A DNA stretch of 64,000 nucleotides from an uncultured Candidatus Izemoplasmatales bacterium (GCA_964483655.1 CAZABW010000003.1:12252-76251), one strand, 5' to 3'. Numbered from the stretch's first letter, positions 36,780-47,651 are shown. The notes: a model not told the origin generated them from the sequence alone. Program-made: numbers and translations.

Positions 36780-37448
36780 ATGAAAAAAGAAATGACCGAT
36801 AAGTATTTCCATTCGGATGAAGAGTTTTTTGAAGGAGTCGATGAGACCCTAATCCCAGAAGAAGTCAATCGTGTGGTTGCATTAGAAGAAGTGGAAGATC
36901 CCCACGATGGCTACTTCTTGGTGGAGCCTGAGGACCACCGGTTCTTAGAAGATGCAGCGATGCTCCTACAAATGGTTTATCCCCAATTACTTTATAGTCA
37001 AGAAGAAGCAGAAAGTGAACTACTACGAGTCCATCAAGAAGGTTCTGTTTTCTTAGTCTATTTAGATGCTGGCACCCTATCTGGTATGATTGGAGCGCGT
37101 TTAACCCATGGTTCTACTGGATATGAACTCTATCCCCACGTAGTCAGTCCGGAATACCAAAACAAAGGGATTGGAAGTACGTTGTTGAGTATGTTAGAAG
37201 AAGAGTTATCTCGTCGAGATGGGACCGTGTTATTCTGTGCAGTAGAAGATGAACTCGGTCAAACGAGTTTGTATGGAGAGCGTTTGTTTGATCAAACGAT
37301 CATGCCATTGCATGAAGTGAAAACCACTCAAGATCACCCCTTAGACTATTATCGAAAACGTGGTTTTAAAATTACTGGTGTCATCCCCGATGCATTTGGG
37401 GAAGGTCGACCCGACATTATTCTTTCGAAGACCTTAATCAAAAAGTAA
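36780..37448 (+). CDS. GNAT-family N-acetyltransferase
   Basis: QNKGIGSTLL (GNAT motif A) and a C-terminal YYRKRGF. ATG at 36780 follows gggagg. Confidence 0.7.
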   Translation: MKKEMTDKYFHSDEEFFEGVDETLIPEEVNRVVALEEVEDPHDGYFLVEPEDHRFLEDAAMLLQMVYPQLLYSQEEAESELLRVHQEGSVFLVYLDAGTLSGMIGARLTHGSTGYELYPHVVSPEYQNKGIGSTLLSMLEEELSRRDGTVLFCAVEDELGQTSLYGERLFDQTIMPLHEVKTTQDHPLDYYRKRGFKITGVIPDAFGEGRPDIILSKTLIKK

Positions 37449-37475
37449 AGCGACGCGCAGGCGTCGCTTCTTTTA
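37448..37475. terminator. bidirectional intrinsic terminator
   Basis: AAGCGACGC-gcag-GCGTCGCTT followed by CTTTT; sits between convergent genes. Confidence 0.8.
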
Positions 37476-39263
37476 TTGGATTTTGGAGAAAATACTGAAT
37501 TGATAGCCTGGAATTTGAACGCTTCCATCGCAAATGCAAGTCTCTTTTGTCCAATGATTCCACAGTTTCCCTTGGAAATTCCTGTGTTCAAACGTAGAAG
37601 GATTGGGACTGCGATTGAGGAAAAAGAAGACGTCTTCTTTTTGGAAAACAAGCAGCGAATCGTGTAAGGATAGAAAGGTTAAATCAAGCGATTGGAATGC
37701 ATCAAGTTGAGTATATAGACGATTTAAGGTTTGGAAAAAATGCTTCAGCTCTTGATGTTGCTTGCTTTCTTCCCACATCATGGGTCTTCTATTTTGGGGG
37801 TCTTTTCCACCCATCAGTCCCACTTCATCACCATAATAGACAGAAGGCATACCCGGTAAAGCATACATCATGAAAAACGCTTGCATGACGGAAGGGACAT
37901 GTTTTTCAAAAAGGGTCAAAATTCGTGCTAAGTCATGCGAACCAATGAGATTATACAAAACAACACGTTGTTTTTCTGGATAGTAGTGAAGGTAATCTGT
38001 TAGAGCATCTTGAAAATCAGGAATCCTCATTGTGGAATGCGGGTGAAAGAACTCGGTTAACAACGTTGTTATCGGATAGTTCATGACACTGTCCCATTGA
38101 TCACCTTGTAAAAAGGAGTTGGTTAGATCCCATGATTCCCCAATCAAACAAGCGTTTGGAGAGTGAGATTTGATTGTTTTTCGAAGCATTCGCCAAAAAT
38201 CATGACTAATTTCATTGGCTACATCTAAACGAAACCCGTCCACATTGGCTTGGTCTAGCCAATAAAGCGCGACTTCTTGGAAGGTTTTTTGGATAAGTGG
38301 ATGATCACAATTCACTTTTGGCATCCGATAACTAAAGGCAAACGTTTCATAGGGAATATGATAGTTGACTTCAAAGGGGTTCGTCTGTTTGAAATTTTCC
38401 AAAGATCTTAGATCGATGGTTTCTGATTTCATATAGAACGCTGAGTAATAGGGACTGTTCTTCCCCTTTTGAATCACATCTTGGAAGAAAGGGTGGTGAA
38501 TGGAAACATGGTTGAAGACCAAGTCTAATACAATGCGAATCCCACGGAAATGAGCTTGACGGGTCAGTTCTTGCAAATCTTCTAAACTACCAAAGAGTGG
38601 GTCAATCGTGAAATAATCGATGGTGTCATACTTGTGTGCAGACAAACTTTGAAAGATGGGTGTGAGATAAATCCCATTAAAACCCAACCCTTGAAGATAA
38701 TCGAGTTTGGCCGTGATTCCTTTGAGATTACCACCATAAAATTGATCATTTCGGGGTTCTTGTTGATTCCAGTCACAAAGTCCGACGAAGCGATTATCAA
38801 CATTACAAAATCGATCGGGAAAGATTGAATACCATATCGTTTTCTTCATCCATTCCGGCGCGAGAAAATCGTTTTGAGGGAGTACATAGGGGATATTGAA
38901 GTAATGACCAAGAAAATATTTCCTGTCGGGGTTAGCCCATGTATCGATAAAAGCAAGCGATCCCACTACATAACGACCATCGATGAAAAATGCATATTTT
39001 GCACGTTTGGTTGGTAGGGATACGGTAATTTCATAATAATCATACGTTTGAGTGTTCGCAATCAAAGAAAGCGGCGAACAAGGGTTCTGTTCGCCGCTCC
39101 AAACCATTTCATGATTCGATGTGCGGTGCCAATCAAAAGGATCGCCGTAGAGGAGTTCGACTTGAGAACAAATGGATGCTTTGGTTTTCAGTCGAATCTT
39201 GACGATATGATCCGTGACAATCCACGTGTCAACACGGGGATCATGAAAGAAATCAGAGAGCAT
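37473..39263 (-). CDS. cytoplasmic GH13 enzyme (neopullulanase/cyclomaltodextrinase/maltogenic amylase type)
   Basis: 596 aa with no signal peptide. GH13 regions VLDLVFNH, GFRLDVANE, IGESWD and SHD. Confidence 0.8.
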   Translation of the reverse strand: MLSDFFHDPRVDTWIVTDHIVKIRLKTKASICSQVELLYGDPFDWHRTSNHEMVWSGEQNPCSPLSLIANTQTYDYYEITVSLPTKRAKYAFFIDGRYVVGSLAFIDTWANPDRKYFLGHYFNIPYVLPQNDFLAPEWMKKTIWYSIFPDRFCNVDNRFVGLCDWNQQEPRNDQFYGGNLKGITAKLDYLQGLGFNGIYLTPIFQSLSAHKYDTIDYFTIDPLFGSLEDLQELTRQAHFRGIRIVLDLVFNHVSIHHPFFQDVIQKGKNSPYYSAFYMKSETIDLRSLENFKQTNPFEVNYHIPYETFAFSYRMPKVNCDHPLIQKTFQEVALYWLDQANVDGFRLDVANEISHDFWRMLRKTIKSHSPNACLIGESWDLTNSFLQGDQWDSVMNYPITTLLTEFFHPHSTMRIPDFQDALTDYLHYYPEKQRVVLYNLIGSHDLARILTLFEKHVPSVMQAFFMMYALPGMPSVYYGDEVGLMGGKDPQNRRPMMWEESKQHQELKHFFQTLNRLYTQLDAFQSLDLTFLSLHDSLLVFQKEDVFFFLNRSPNPSTFEHRNFQGKLWNHWTKETCICDGSVQIPGYQFSIFSKIQ

Positions 39264-39264
39264 G

Positions 39265-42057
39265 TTATGCAGGAAGGACTTTTCGTTTCAGAATCAAGAA
39301 TATCGCAACACCGATGACAGCGACGCCCCCACTGACGCCCCCGATAATCCAACCCACAGGAGAAGTATCGCCAATGGCCGGATCTTGAACCATCACGTAG
39401 CTTGCATTCGGTGTTAAGGTAATCCGTTGTCCTCCCTTGAAGGTTTCTAACGGTTCAACCCCAGCATCCTCGCCATTGACTAGGACTTGCCAGCCTCCGT
39501 TTTTCGGTAAGACGAGTTTGATCTCGGTTTGGTTTGCATTATGAATGACAAGTAGTGTTTGTGCATCTTCACTGGTAATCGTGTAAGCAATGATATTTTC
39601 TACATCAGGATAGACAAAGGTTAACCGATCGCGAATCGCTTGTGCGGTAGGTATCCGGAATGCATCGGTGGCTTTCCGTAAGGCAATTAAACCTTGGTAG
39701 TAAGCAAACATTTCTTGTCCATTCTCACTTGCTAAGTGATCCCAACGAAGTTGGTTCACGGAATCAGGAGATTCATAGGAGTTATGATCAAAGCCACGAT
39801 TGTTTTTCCCTGGTTTGGTACGGTTAAACTCATCTCCAGCATGCAAGAAGGAGATTCCTTGCGCGGTTAACACCATGGCGTTACCTTGTTTCATCAAGGG
39901 ATAGAGCAATTCTAATTTGCCCATTTCTTCTAAAGATTGATATAACTTATCATGTAAAGTGTTATTATCATGAGCCGTTACGTAGTTGAGCACTTTGGTA
40001 GGTTCCATATGCCAAACATTTTGAGTGGATAATCCTGTATTTGTGACTTGAGGATGTTGGATTCCACCGACGATTCCATATTTTACCCGATTGGTTCTTG
40101 AAGCATCCGTTAAACCATGAATGTATCCGCCTTCAGTCCGGTTAAAGACAGAACCTTTGACTGCATCGCGGAAATCATCATTAAACGCACCAATAAAAGG
40201 CATATTTTTTAAGTTACTCTTCCCAGCTTGTTGGCTCGCGGGTAATGGAGACGACCCGCCCATCCAAGGTTCACCAAAGATTAAGATGGTTGGATCAATT
40301 GCCCGTAAAGCCGTGGCGATTTGGTTCATCGTTTCGACATCATGAAGCGCCATTAAATCGAAACGGAATCCAGACATATTATATTCTTGAGTCCAGAATA
40401 GTAATGAATCGATCATGAACTTGCGCATCATAACGCGTTCAGAACTCGTTTCATTGCCAGTTCCAGACCCGTTCGAGAACGATCCATTGGCATTCTTCCG
40501 GAAATAATAGCCTGGAACGATTAAGTTAAAGTTCGAATCAGCGGTTAACCCATGATGGTTGTACACGACGTCCATAATGATGCGAATATCTTGGTCATGA
40601 TACGCAGCGACAACTTGTTTGAATTCATGAATTCTAACTAACCCATCATACGGATTTGCGGAGTATGCCCCTTCTAAAACATTGAAGTTTAACGGCATAT
40701 AGCCCCAGTTAAAGGAATTATATCCTTCGGTATTGATTTTGGTTTCATCTAAAACACCGAAATCAAAGAAAGGAATGAGTTGCACATGGGTTACCCCTAA
40801 ATCAATGATGTGATCGAATCCTGTTTTGATGCCTTGGTAGGTCGTTCCACGTTCCATTAAACCAAGGAAACGTCCCCGATTGATTTCCATGCCATTCCAG
40901 GAAGAATGGGTTGTTAAATCCCGAACATGGAGTTCATAAATAATTGCATCGGTCGCATTTGTCATATTATTCGGACGAACACCGTACTCAAATCCAGTTG
41001 GATTGGTTTGAGAAAAATCAACGACGAGGCCACGAATGCCATTGATTCCAGCACTTTTCGCATAAGGGTCAATGGTTTCATGAGTTGCGGAACCGTTGGT
41101 GACGGAATAAGTATAATACGTTCCGTGTAGATTTCCAGCGACTTCAGTATAGAAGGTTCCATTGACATCTTTTGACATGGTAATTTGTTGAGTGGGAACG
41201 TTGGAACCACCAAAATTGGCTGGAGTTCCAGTGTTATAAAGATTTAAAACGACATTCGTCGCAACCGGTGCCCACACCCGGAAACTGGTTTTAGTGGGGT
41301 GAACGACAGCACCTAAGTCATTACCCGTATATCCAAAGACATTTTCAAAAGCTTCTGTGGAATAGATCCCGTCGTAGGTAACAGCTAAGGAACGCTCTAC
41401 ATCATCGGAGAAAGTTCCAAAGAGTTCATAGTTCTTCGCAAAATCGAGTTCACCAGTGATGGTTATCACACCGGTTAATCCCGTAATCGCAACTGAAGTA
41501 ATGCCTACTGAAGCATTATCAGCTTTTACGGCTAGATCGGTTTCAACCATGGCTTCAGTAGCAGAAAAGTAGATTTTATTTAAATCAGTGAAATAAGCTT
41601 GTTTGAATTTTGGCAAATTACTGGGGCCATTCGGATCGTTTAGGAACGTTCCAATGGCAGGGTCGCCTTCCACTAAATAGGCATGGAAGATGCCGTCTGT
41701 TGAAGTGGCGGGGATATTGATGAACCGATCATTATCAATATCTTTTTGACTCCAGTCCGGTTTGCGAACAATAAAACCGATTCTCGTCGCGCCTTCCAGC
41801 GTACCAGTTAATGGCACTTTCGCAACCACACCACCGTAATTATATTCGACGCTGGTATCGTCTGCGACAAACGAGAAAGCAGAACCTTCTTCCGAAGTGG
41901 GCTCGTTTTTCCAAACCCAGATATCCCATGGGGAGTAATCGGCTTGGTAGCGGAAATAGTGGATGTACACTTCCGTTGTTGTTTGAGAAGCAGAAAGAGA
42001 GGGAATAAAGGGGATGGTCATTAAGACCAAAAATAGCGCTATCAATACTTTTTTCAT
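39265..42057 (-). CDS. secreted type I pullulanase (GH13) with N-terminal CBM-like modules and a C-terminal TM anchor
   Basis: Signal peptide MKKVLIALFLVLMTIPF. Motifs YNWGYMP, VVYNH, GFRFDLM, GEPW and AHDN. The C-terminus has a hydrophobic helix plus KRK with no LPXTG. ATG at 42057 follows aaggaggt. Confidence 0.85.
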   Translation of the reverse strand: MKKVLIALFLVLMTIPFIPSLSASQTTTEVYIHYFRYQADYSPWDIWVWKNEPTSEEGSAFSFVADDTSVEYNYGGVVAKVPLTGTLEGATRIGFIVRKPDWSQKDIDNDRFINIPATSTDGIFHAYLVEGDPAIGTFLNDPNGPSNLPKFKQAYFTDLNKIYFSATEAMVETDLAVKADNASVGITSVAITGLTGVITITGELDFAKNYELFGTFSDDVERSLAVTYDGIYSTEAFENVFGYTGNDLGAVVHPTKTSFRVWAPVATNVVLNLYNTGTPANFGGSNVPTQQITMSKDVNGTFYTEVAGNLHGTYYTYSVTNGSATHETIDPYAKSAGINGIRGLVVDFSQTNPTGFEYGVRPNNMTNATDAIIYELHVRDLTTHSSWNGMEINRGRFLGLMERGTTYQGIKTGFDHIIDLGVTHVQLIPFFDFGVLDETKINTEGYNSFNWGYMPLNFNVLEGAYSANPYDGLVRIHEFKQVVAAYHDQDIRIIMDVVYNHHGLTADSNFNLIVPGYYFRKNANGSFSNGSGTGNETSSERVMMRKFMIDSLLFWTQEYNMSGFRFDLMALHDVETMNQIATALRAIDPTILIFGEPWMGGSSPLPASQQAGKSNLKNMPFIGAFNDDFRDAVKGSVFNRTEGGYIHGLTDASRTNRVKYGIVGGIQHPQVTNTGLSTQNVWHMEPTKVLNYVTAHDNNTLHDKLYQSLEEMGKLELLYPLMKQGNAMVLTAQGISFLHAGDEFNRTKPGKNNRGFDHNSYESPDSVNQLRWDHLASENGQEMFAYYQGLIALRKATDAFRIPTAQAIRDRLTFVYPDVENIIAYTITSEDAQTLLVIHNANQTEIKLVLPKNGGWQVLVNGEDAGVEPLETFKGGQRITLTPNASYVMVQDPAIGDTSPVGWIIGGVSGGVAVIGVAIFLILKRKVLPA

Positions 42058-42197
42058 AGAGACCTCCTTGTTTTCGAACTCATTATAGCATGCGAAAAAA
42101 CAAGCGACAATCATTTTGAAATAGAAAAAGGCGTTTGGGAACTGACACCGTTACCATATTGTGTAATAGGTTACAATTTTAGTAAATTGCCAACTCC

Positions 42198-42226
42198 TTG
42201 CAATGAAAACCCTTTAGTGATAAGAT
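42198..42226 (+). promoter_or_regulatory. sigma-A promoter of the maltodextrin transporter operon
   Basis: TTGCAA (42198-42203), 17-nt spacer, TGa-TAAGAT (42218-42226). Confidence 0.55.
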
Positions 42227-42265
42227 AAACTCAAACAAATGTCAACAGACAAAGGAGAAAGACTT

Positions 42266-43603
42266 ATGAAAATGAAATCATTTTTACTACTAGCCTTACT
42301 AGCCATCGTTGCATTCGTCATCGTAGGGTGTACCCCCAAAGAAAAAGCTACGCTTACCATTTGGGTGGGTGCTGAAAGTGCCGATTTTTATCAACTTAAA
42401 ATGGATGAATATGTCGCTGAGTACAACGCAAACAACGACAAAGAATTCCCCTACATCATTGATGTAGTTGCTTCAGACACAGGTTCCGCAGCTGGACGAT
42501 TCTTAGATGACCCCGACGCTGGTCCTGATATTTTTACAGTTGCGCATGACAACTTAGGACGCTTAGTTGCCGGATCATCCGCTATCGCTCCTATTACCTT
42601 ACAACCCCTTTTAGACCAAATCAATGCAGATAACCCAGAAGGATTCTTAAATGTAATTAAGGCAACTGTGGGGGGAACAGAATATACCTTTGGTGTTCCC
42701 TATGTTGCTCAATCCTTAATTCTATACTATAACAAGCAATATTTGAATGAAACCCAAGTTCAAACATGGGAAGGCATTTGGGATGTTGCCAAGACAGAAA
42801 ACAAACGGGCTATGGTTGTAACCGGAACCGATGGATTCAATAACTCTTTCTTGCTCTTATCAAGAAGAGCGAATGATGGATTCACTAGTCTTCGGTTATA
42901 TGAAAATGGCGTTCAAGAAAACACTTTTGGTACAGGCGATGATACCATCTCCGTACTAAAATGGGGTCAACGGTTCTTCATGGACCCTAACGGCGCTGCT
43001 CAAGCATCCAGTTCCGGATGGGAAGTAGAATTAAAAGACGGATTAGCGTTATCGGTGATTGGTGGGGCTTGGCATTTCAATGCCGCTCAATCCGCTCTTG
43101 GAAGTAATTTAGGAATTGCGGTATTACCCCAATTTACCATTACCGCTCAAGATGCCTACGGCACTGTAACGGCTGGAACTGTTTATCAATCCGGTTCATT
43201 CACTGATACCAAGATGTTTGTCATGAAAAAAGGTTCGGATAAAGCCGATGTCTTACAACAAATTCTGCTCTATCTTTCTAGTAAAGAAATGCAAGAATTA
43301 TCTTTCAATGCAGCTGACAACTTACCAGCTTATAAAAACGCTGCTGTAGAGTTTGCCAAAATGCAAGAAAATACCATTGAAGCTGCATTAGCCGCAGCAC
43401 AAGTAGAAATGTTCGCAAACGGCATTCCTCAACCCTTCGGTTTCCAAGCAAGATATAACACCTATTATTATTCCAAAGGGGCTCCTGATTTGATCTTAGC
43501 GATTTTACGGAACACCACCGGTGAATTTTCGACTTTCGAACAAATCAAAGCTCAAATGACAATCGTTGAAACGATTTGGAAAACAGGAAATCAACCTGCT
43601 TAA
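42266..43603 (+). CDS. maltodextrin/oligosaccharide ABC transporter substrate-binding lipoprotein
   Basis: Lipobox VIVGC, ~445 aa, MalE/family-1 SBP-like features, followed by MalF/MalG-like permease genes. Confidence 0.75.
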   Translation: MKMKSFLLLALLAIVAFVIVGCTPKEKATLTIWVGAESADFYQLKMDEYVAEYNANNDKEFPYIIDVVASDTGSAAGRFLDDPDAGPDIFTVAHDNLGRLVAGSSAIAPITLQPLLDQINADNPEGFLNVIKATVGGTEYTFGVPYVAQSLILYYNKQYLNETQVQTWEGIWDVAKTENKRAMVVTGTDGFNNSFLLLSRRANDGFTSLRLYENGVQENTFGTGDDTISVLKWGQRFFMDPNGAAQASSSGWEVELKDGLALSVIGGAWHFNAAQSALGSNLGIAVLPQFTITAQDAYGTVTAGTVYQSGSFTDTKMFVMKKGSDKADVLQQILLYLSSKEMQELSFNAADNLPAYKNAAVEFAKMQENTIEAALAAAQVEMFANGIPQPFGFQARYNTYYYSKGAPDLILAILRNTTGEFSTFEQIKAQMTIVETIWKTGNQPA

Positions 43604-43646
43604 TTAAAACGTTCATGGTATTAAAAATAGAATAAGGGAGAAACGT

Positions 43647-45092
43647 ATGCAAAAAGCAAAAAAAGAACGCATTCGTCCCCTTCCCTTGAACGAGCAATGG
43701 AAGCAGATTGGCTCAAAAATCGCAAAAGGATTTTCCCGAATTGGGAAATCCTTTCAGCGTTTTATTGCCCGTTTTAAAGATGGAAGTGTTGGCACGAAAA
43801 TTAGCCATTTTATTTGTGGATTTGGGAATTTATCAAAAAAACAATACGCAAAAGGAATTTTGTTTCTTGGCCTGCAAGTGATATTTCTCTTATTTATGAT
43901 TTCTTCACCTGAAGTCAATAGTACCCCGTTTGGATGGAAATCGCTTGGAAATATGATTACTTTAGGTACCGAAGCAGGAGATTTATTTAATCCAACCGAT
44001 AACTCCATGTTAATGTTACTCTTTGGAGTTGTAACAGTTGGCGTAATTGCTGTCTTTGTGTTGGTCTACTTTTCGAATATTAAAAGTTCTTATGAAGGCG
44101 ACTTACTCATTCGAAAAGGGAAACGCGTCCCAACATTTAAAGAAGATATCGCTTCTTTGTTTGATTCGCGGTTCCATGTTTTGATGTTAACACCCGCCAT
44201 GCTAGGGGTGTTACTCTTTACTGTTTTACCAACGCTGTTCATGATTTTAATCGCCTTTACCAACTTTGATGCGGAACATGTTCCAGGGCAACATTTAATT
44301 GACTGGGTTGGATTTGCGAACTTCGCTGCGATTTTCCAAGGAACTGGAGAAATCTCAGCACGATTCTTACCTGTCTTAACTTGGACGTTGACGTGGGCGT
44401 TCTTTGCGACTTTCACCAACTACATCAGTGGAATCTTGTTAGCTCTACTCATCAATCGCAAAGGAATTAAGTTTAAAAAGTTATGGCGGACGGTTTTCAT
44501 TTTGACGATTGCTCTACCCCAATTTATTAGTCTCCTTGCGATGCGAAATCTGTTATCGCTTCACGGACCGATTAACTCTGCTTTGGTTCAACTTGGTTTA
44601 TTATCTTCACCGATTGAATTCTTGGGTCAAGCCACCAATGCGATGACAGCTCGAATTACCATTTTAGTCATCAATTTATGGATTGGGATTCCCTATACCA
44701 TGTTAATGACATCGGGAATTTTAATGAATGTGCCTACCGACTTATATGAAGCAGCGATGATTGATGGAGCGACGAAACGACAAGCATTCACAAACATTAC
44801 TGTGCCGTATATCTTATTCGTAACTGCACCTTATTTAATCACTTCCTTTATTGGCAATATTACCAGTTTCAATATTATCTTCTTACTCACCGGAGGAGAC
44901 CCAGTCGTACCTGGATTTAAAGCCGGGCAAACGGATTTATTGGTTACCTGGCTGTATTCTTTAACGATTGAAGAGTCAGAAGTCAATATTGGATCGGTTA
45001 TCGCGATTTTCACATTCTTGATTACCGCAACCGCAACGTTGATTAGCTATAGACGGTCGAAGTCGTATAAAGAGGAGGATGCGTTCCAATGA
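43647..45092 (+). CDS. ABC sugar permease, MalF-like (long N-terminal extension)
   Basis: 481 aa, multi-TM, with the EAA-loop motif EAAMIDGATKRQAF. Confidence 0.8.
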   Translation: MQKAKKERIRPLPLNEQWKQIGSKIAKGFSRIGKSFQRFIARFKDGSVGTKISHFICGFGNLSKKQYAKGILFLGLQVIFLLFMISSPEVNSTPFGWKSLGNMITLGTEAGDLFNPTDNSMLMLLFGVVTVGVIAVFVLVYFSNIKSSYEGDLLIRKGKRVPTFKEDIASLFDSRFHVLMLTPAMLGVLLFTVLPTLFMILIAFTNFDAEHVPGQHLIDWVGFANFAAIFQGTGEISARFLPVLTWTLTWAFFATFTNYISGILLALLINRKGIKFKKLWRTVFILTIALPQFISLLAMRNLLSLHGPINSALVQLGLLSSPIEFLGQATNAMTARITILVINLWIGIPYTMLMTSGILMNVPTDLYEAAMIDGATKRQAFTNITVPYILFVTAPYLITSFIGNITSFNIIFLLTGGDPVVPGFKAGQTDLLVTWLYSLTIEESEVNIGSVIAIFTFLITATATLISYRRSKSYKEEDAFQ

Positions 45093-45982
45093 TGACTACA
45101 AGTACTCCGAAATTCAAAAGTTATAAAGCGAGTGAGCGGACGGGAACGATTATTAGTTATATTATCCTCATCTTGATGTCTTTGATCTGGCTCTATCCGA
45201 TTTTATGGATTATCCTCAATGCATTTCGGACCGAGTTTAATGACCAAGGTCAATTGATTGGGGTGGTTGTATCTCACTACTTCCCAAAACAACTTGGATT
45301 GGATAACTTCATCAAGTTATTTACCGAAACAAGATTTTTGACATGGTTTTTGAATACGTTATTCGTTTCAAGTATTTCGTTTGTTTTATCGACACTTCTC
45401 GTGTTGTGTGTGGCTTACGTGATGAGTAAGTTGAAATTCAAACTTCGGAAGAAAATCTTAAACATTGCGATTATCTTAGGGTTATTCCCAGGATTCATGT
45501 CAATGATTGCGATTTATTACATCTTGAAAGCCCTAGGATTAACTCAAACACTCTTTGCGTTAATCTTAGTCTATTCCGCTGGATCGGGGCTTGGATTTTA
45601 TGTAGCGAAGGGATTCTTTGATATTATTCCGAACTCGCTGATTGAATCCGCTCGGTTAGATGGGGCGACAAATGCTAGAATTTTCACGAGCATTGTTTTA
45701 CCAATTTCGAAACCAATTATTATTTATACTGCTTTGTTATCCTTTACAGGACCATGGATGGACTTTATCTTCGCAAGGGTCATCTTGGGAGAAACCAACT
45801 CCCACTTACATACCGTTGCGGTAGGACTTTATTACATGATTTATGGTCAACGCGTCGACTCGAATGTCTTTACGATGTTTGCGGCCGGATGTCTATTGGT
45901 AGCGGTTCCGATTGTAACACTGTTCTTAGCGATGCAAAAATATTATATCGAAGGTGTCACCGCGGGAGCAGTCAAAGGTTAA
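45089..45982 (+). CDS. ABC sugar permease, MalG-like
   Basis: 297 aa, 6 TM helices, with the EAA-loop motif ESARLDGATNARIF. ATGA overlap with the upstream permease. Confidence 0.8.
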   Translation: MMTTSTPKFKSYKASERTGTIISYIILILMSLIWLYPILWIILNAFRTEFNDQGQLIGVVVSHYFPKQLGLDNFIKLFTETRFLTWFLNTLFVSSISFVLSTLLVLCVAYVMSKLKFKLRKKILNIAIILGLFPGFMSMIAIYYILKALGLTQTLFALILVYSAGSGLGFYVAKGFFDIIPNSLIESARLDGATNARIFTSIVLPISKPIIIYTALLSFTGPWMDFIFARVILGETNSHLHTVAVGLYYMIYGQRVDSNVFTMFAAGCLLVAVPIVTLFLAMQKYYIEGVTAGAVKG

Positions 45983-45986
45983 TCTT

Positions 45987-46015
45987 AAAAACAGACTTGC
46001 GATCAAGTCTGTTTT
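45987..46015 (+). terminator. stem-loop, weak terminator or processing site inside the operon
   Basis: AAAACAGACTTG-cgat-CAAGTCTGTTTT; only four trailing T. Confidence 0.45.
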
Positions 46016-46031
46016 CATTACGGAGGTTCAT

Positions 46032-47624
46032 ATGAAAAAATGGATTGTATTTGTTTTGATGGTGTTCGTTAGTTTCTCCTTAGTAAGTTGTTCTGGGGGG
46101 GAGGCTCGTCTCAAGGTCGGCGAGTTTGATCAAGAAATCCCGAAGGATCACTACCGAGTTTTTTACGAAATATTTGTCGGGGCATTTTCCGATTCCAATG
46201 AAGATGGAATTGGCGATCTGCAAGGATTGATTAATCGCTTGGATTATTTAAATGATGGCGATCCTACTTCGGGGAAAAGTCTCGGCGTGGAAGGGTTATG
46301 GTTGATGCCGATCATGCCTGCCAATAGTTATCATAAATACGATGTTCGTAATTATAAAGGGATTGACTCGAATTATGGTTCTTTAGAAGACTTTCAAACC
46401 TTATTGACCGAAGCAGAAAAACGGGGAATCAAGATTGTTATTGATTTGGTGATTAATCACACTTCCGATCAACATCCCTGGTTTAAAGCAGTACGGACAG
46501 CGATTCAAAACTCTAATATGGAAGAACCCTATATTGATTACTACACGATTGTAAGAGGATCAGAACGGATTCCAGGAAGAACCTATTATCTCATTGCGAA
46601 TGATTATTATTATGAAGGGAATTTCTCGTCCTCGATGCCTGAACTCAATATGGATAGTGACGCTGTGAAAGCGGAACTCGTCGATATCATGGCGTTTTGG
46701 TTAAATATGGGGGTTTATGGATTCCGTCTCGATGCGACGAAATATGTCTATTTTAATGAAACAGCTCGCAATCTCGAGTTTTGGAATTGGTTTATGGCAG
46801 AAGCTAGAAAGATTAAAGAAGATGTGTATGTTGTCGGGGAAACCTGGTCCGCTGATTCGCAAATCATCGATTATTATGAGGCGTTTTATAATTTTGATTT
46901 CGGGATGTCAGGTTCTGGGGGAGCGATTGCAGTTACTGCGAATGGCCGTGACTCCGTGAATTACTATACCCTCTATGTTCAAAATTATCGCAATCTAGCA
47001 AAAGCGAAAAATCCGAACGCTGTCTTGCATCCATTCATCTCGAATCATGATATGAACCGTGCTGCTGGATTCTTAAATCCCACCACAGGTGCGGCACAAA
47101 TGGCTGCCAATTTATACATTTGGAGTAGTGGCGCCCCCTACATTTATTATGGGGAAGAAATTGGTATGAAAGGCTTGCGAGGATCCGAACCGACCGATGC
47201 GAATCGACGGTTAGCGATGCTTTGGGGTGATAAAGATACGGTTCAAGATCCGGTGGGTTCGACGTTTGATCCCGCCAATCAAACCAATGGAACCGTCGCT
47301 GATCAAAAGAAAGACCTCGATAGTTTGTACAATCATTATAAACGTATCATCACTTTACGGTTACAAAATCCGGAAATCGCAAGAGGTCAATATCAATCCA
47401 TTCAATTCAATGGATACCAACAATTTGGTGGTTTCTTAGCCACTTATCAAGGAAGTACAGTTGGAGTCTTCCATAATACTGGCTCCGAACCTCTCACCAT
47501 TCAGCTGTCTCATTTTACTGCTCAAAGTTTTTCCGTGATTCGTGGCTACGCTGGAATGGGGAAAGCAACCTTGAACGGTCAAACTTTAACGATTGATGGA
47601 ATGACTTCCGTTATTATGAAATAG
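46032..47624 (+). CDS. extracellular lipoprotein alpha-amylase (GH13)
   Basis: Lipobox SLVSC. GH13 regions VIDLVINH, GFRLDATKY, GETWS and SNHD. ATG at 46032. Confidence 0.8.
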   Translation: MKKWIVFVLMVFVSFSLVSCSGGEARLKVGEFDQEIPKDHYRVFYEIFVGAFSDSNEDGIGDLQGLINRLDYLNDGDPTSGKSLGVEGLWLMPIMPANSYHKYDVRNYKGIDSNYGSLEDFQTLLTEAEKRGIKIVIDLVINHTSDQHPWFKAVRTAIQNSNMEEPYIDYYTIVRGSERIPGRTYYLIANDYYYEGNFSSSMPELNMDSDAVKAELVDIMAFWLNMGVYGFRLDATKYVYFNETARNLEFWNWFMAEARKIKEDVYVVGETWSADSQIIDYYEAFYNFDFGMSGSGGAIAVTANGRDSVNYYTLYVQNYRNLAKAKNPNAVLHPFISNHDMNRAAGFLNPTTGAAQMAANLYIWSSGAPYIYYGEEIGMKGLRGSEPTDANRRLAMLWGDKDTVQDPVGSTFDPANQTNGTVADQKKDLDSLYNHYKRIITLRLQNPEIARGQYQSIQFNGYQQFGGFLATYQGSTVGVFHNTGSEPLTIQLSHFTAQSFSVIRGYAGMGKATLNGQTLTIDGMTSVIMK

Positions 47625-47651
47625 GTTACCTATGTATTTTTGCTTGCTTGA

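Noticed and set aside
42058-42197. Possible MalR/LacI-type operator in the divergent pullulanase/malE intergenic region (GTTACC...GGTTAC, TGAAAACCCTTTAG).
   Set aside because: I found only imperfect, short inverted repeats, no regulator gene in the window to anchor a motif, and a cre match of only about 11/14.
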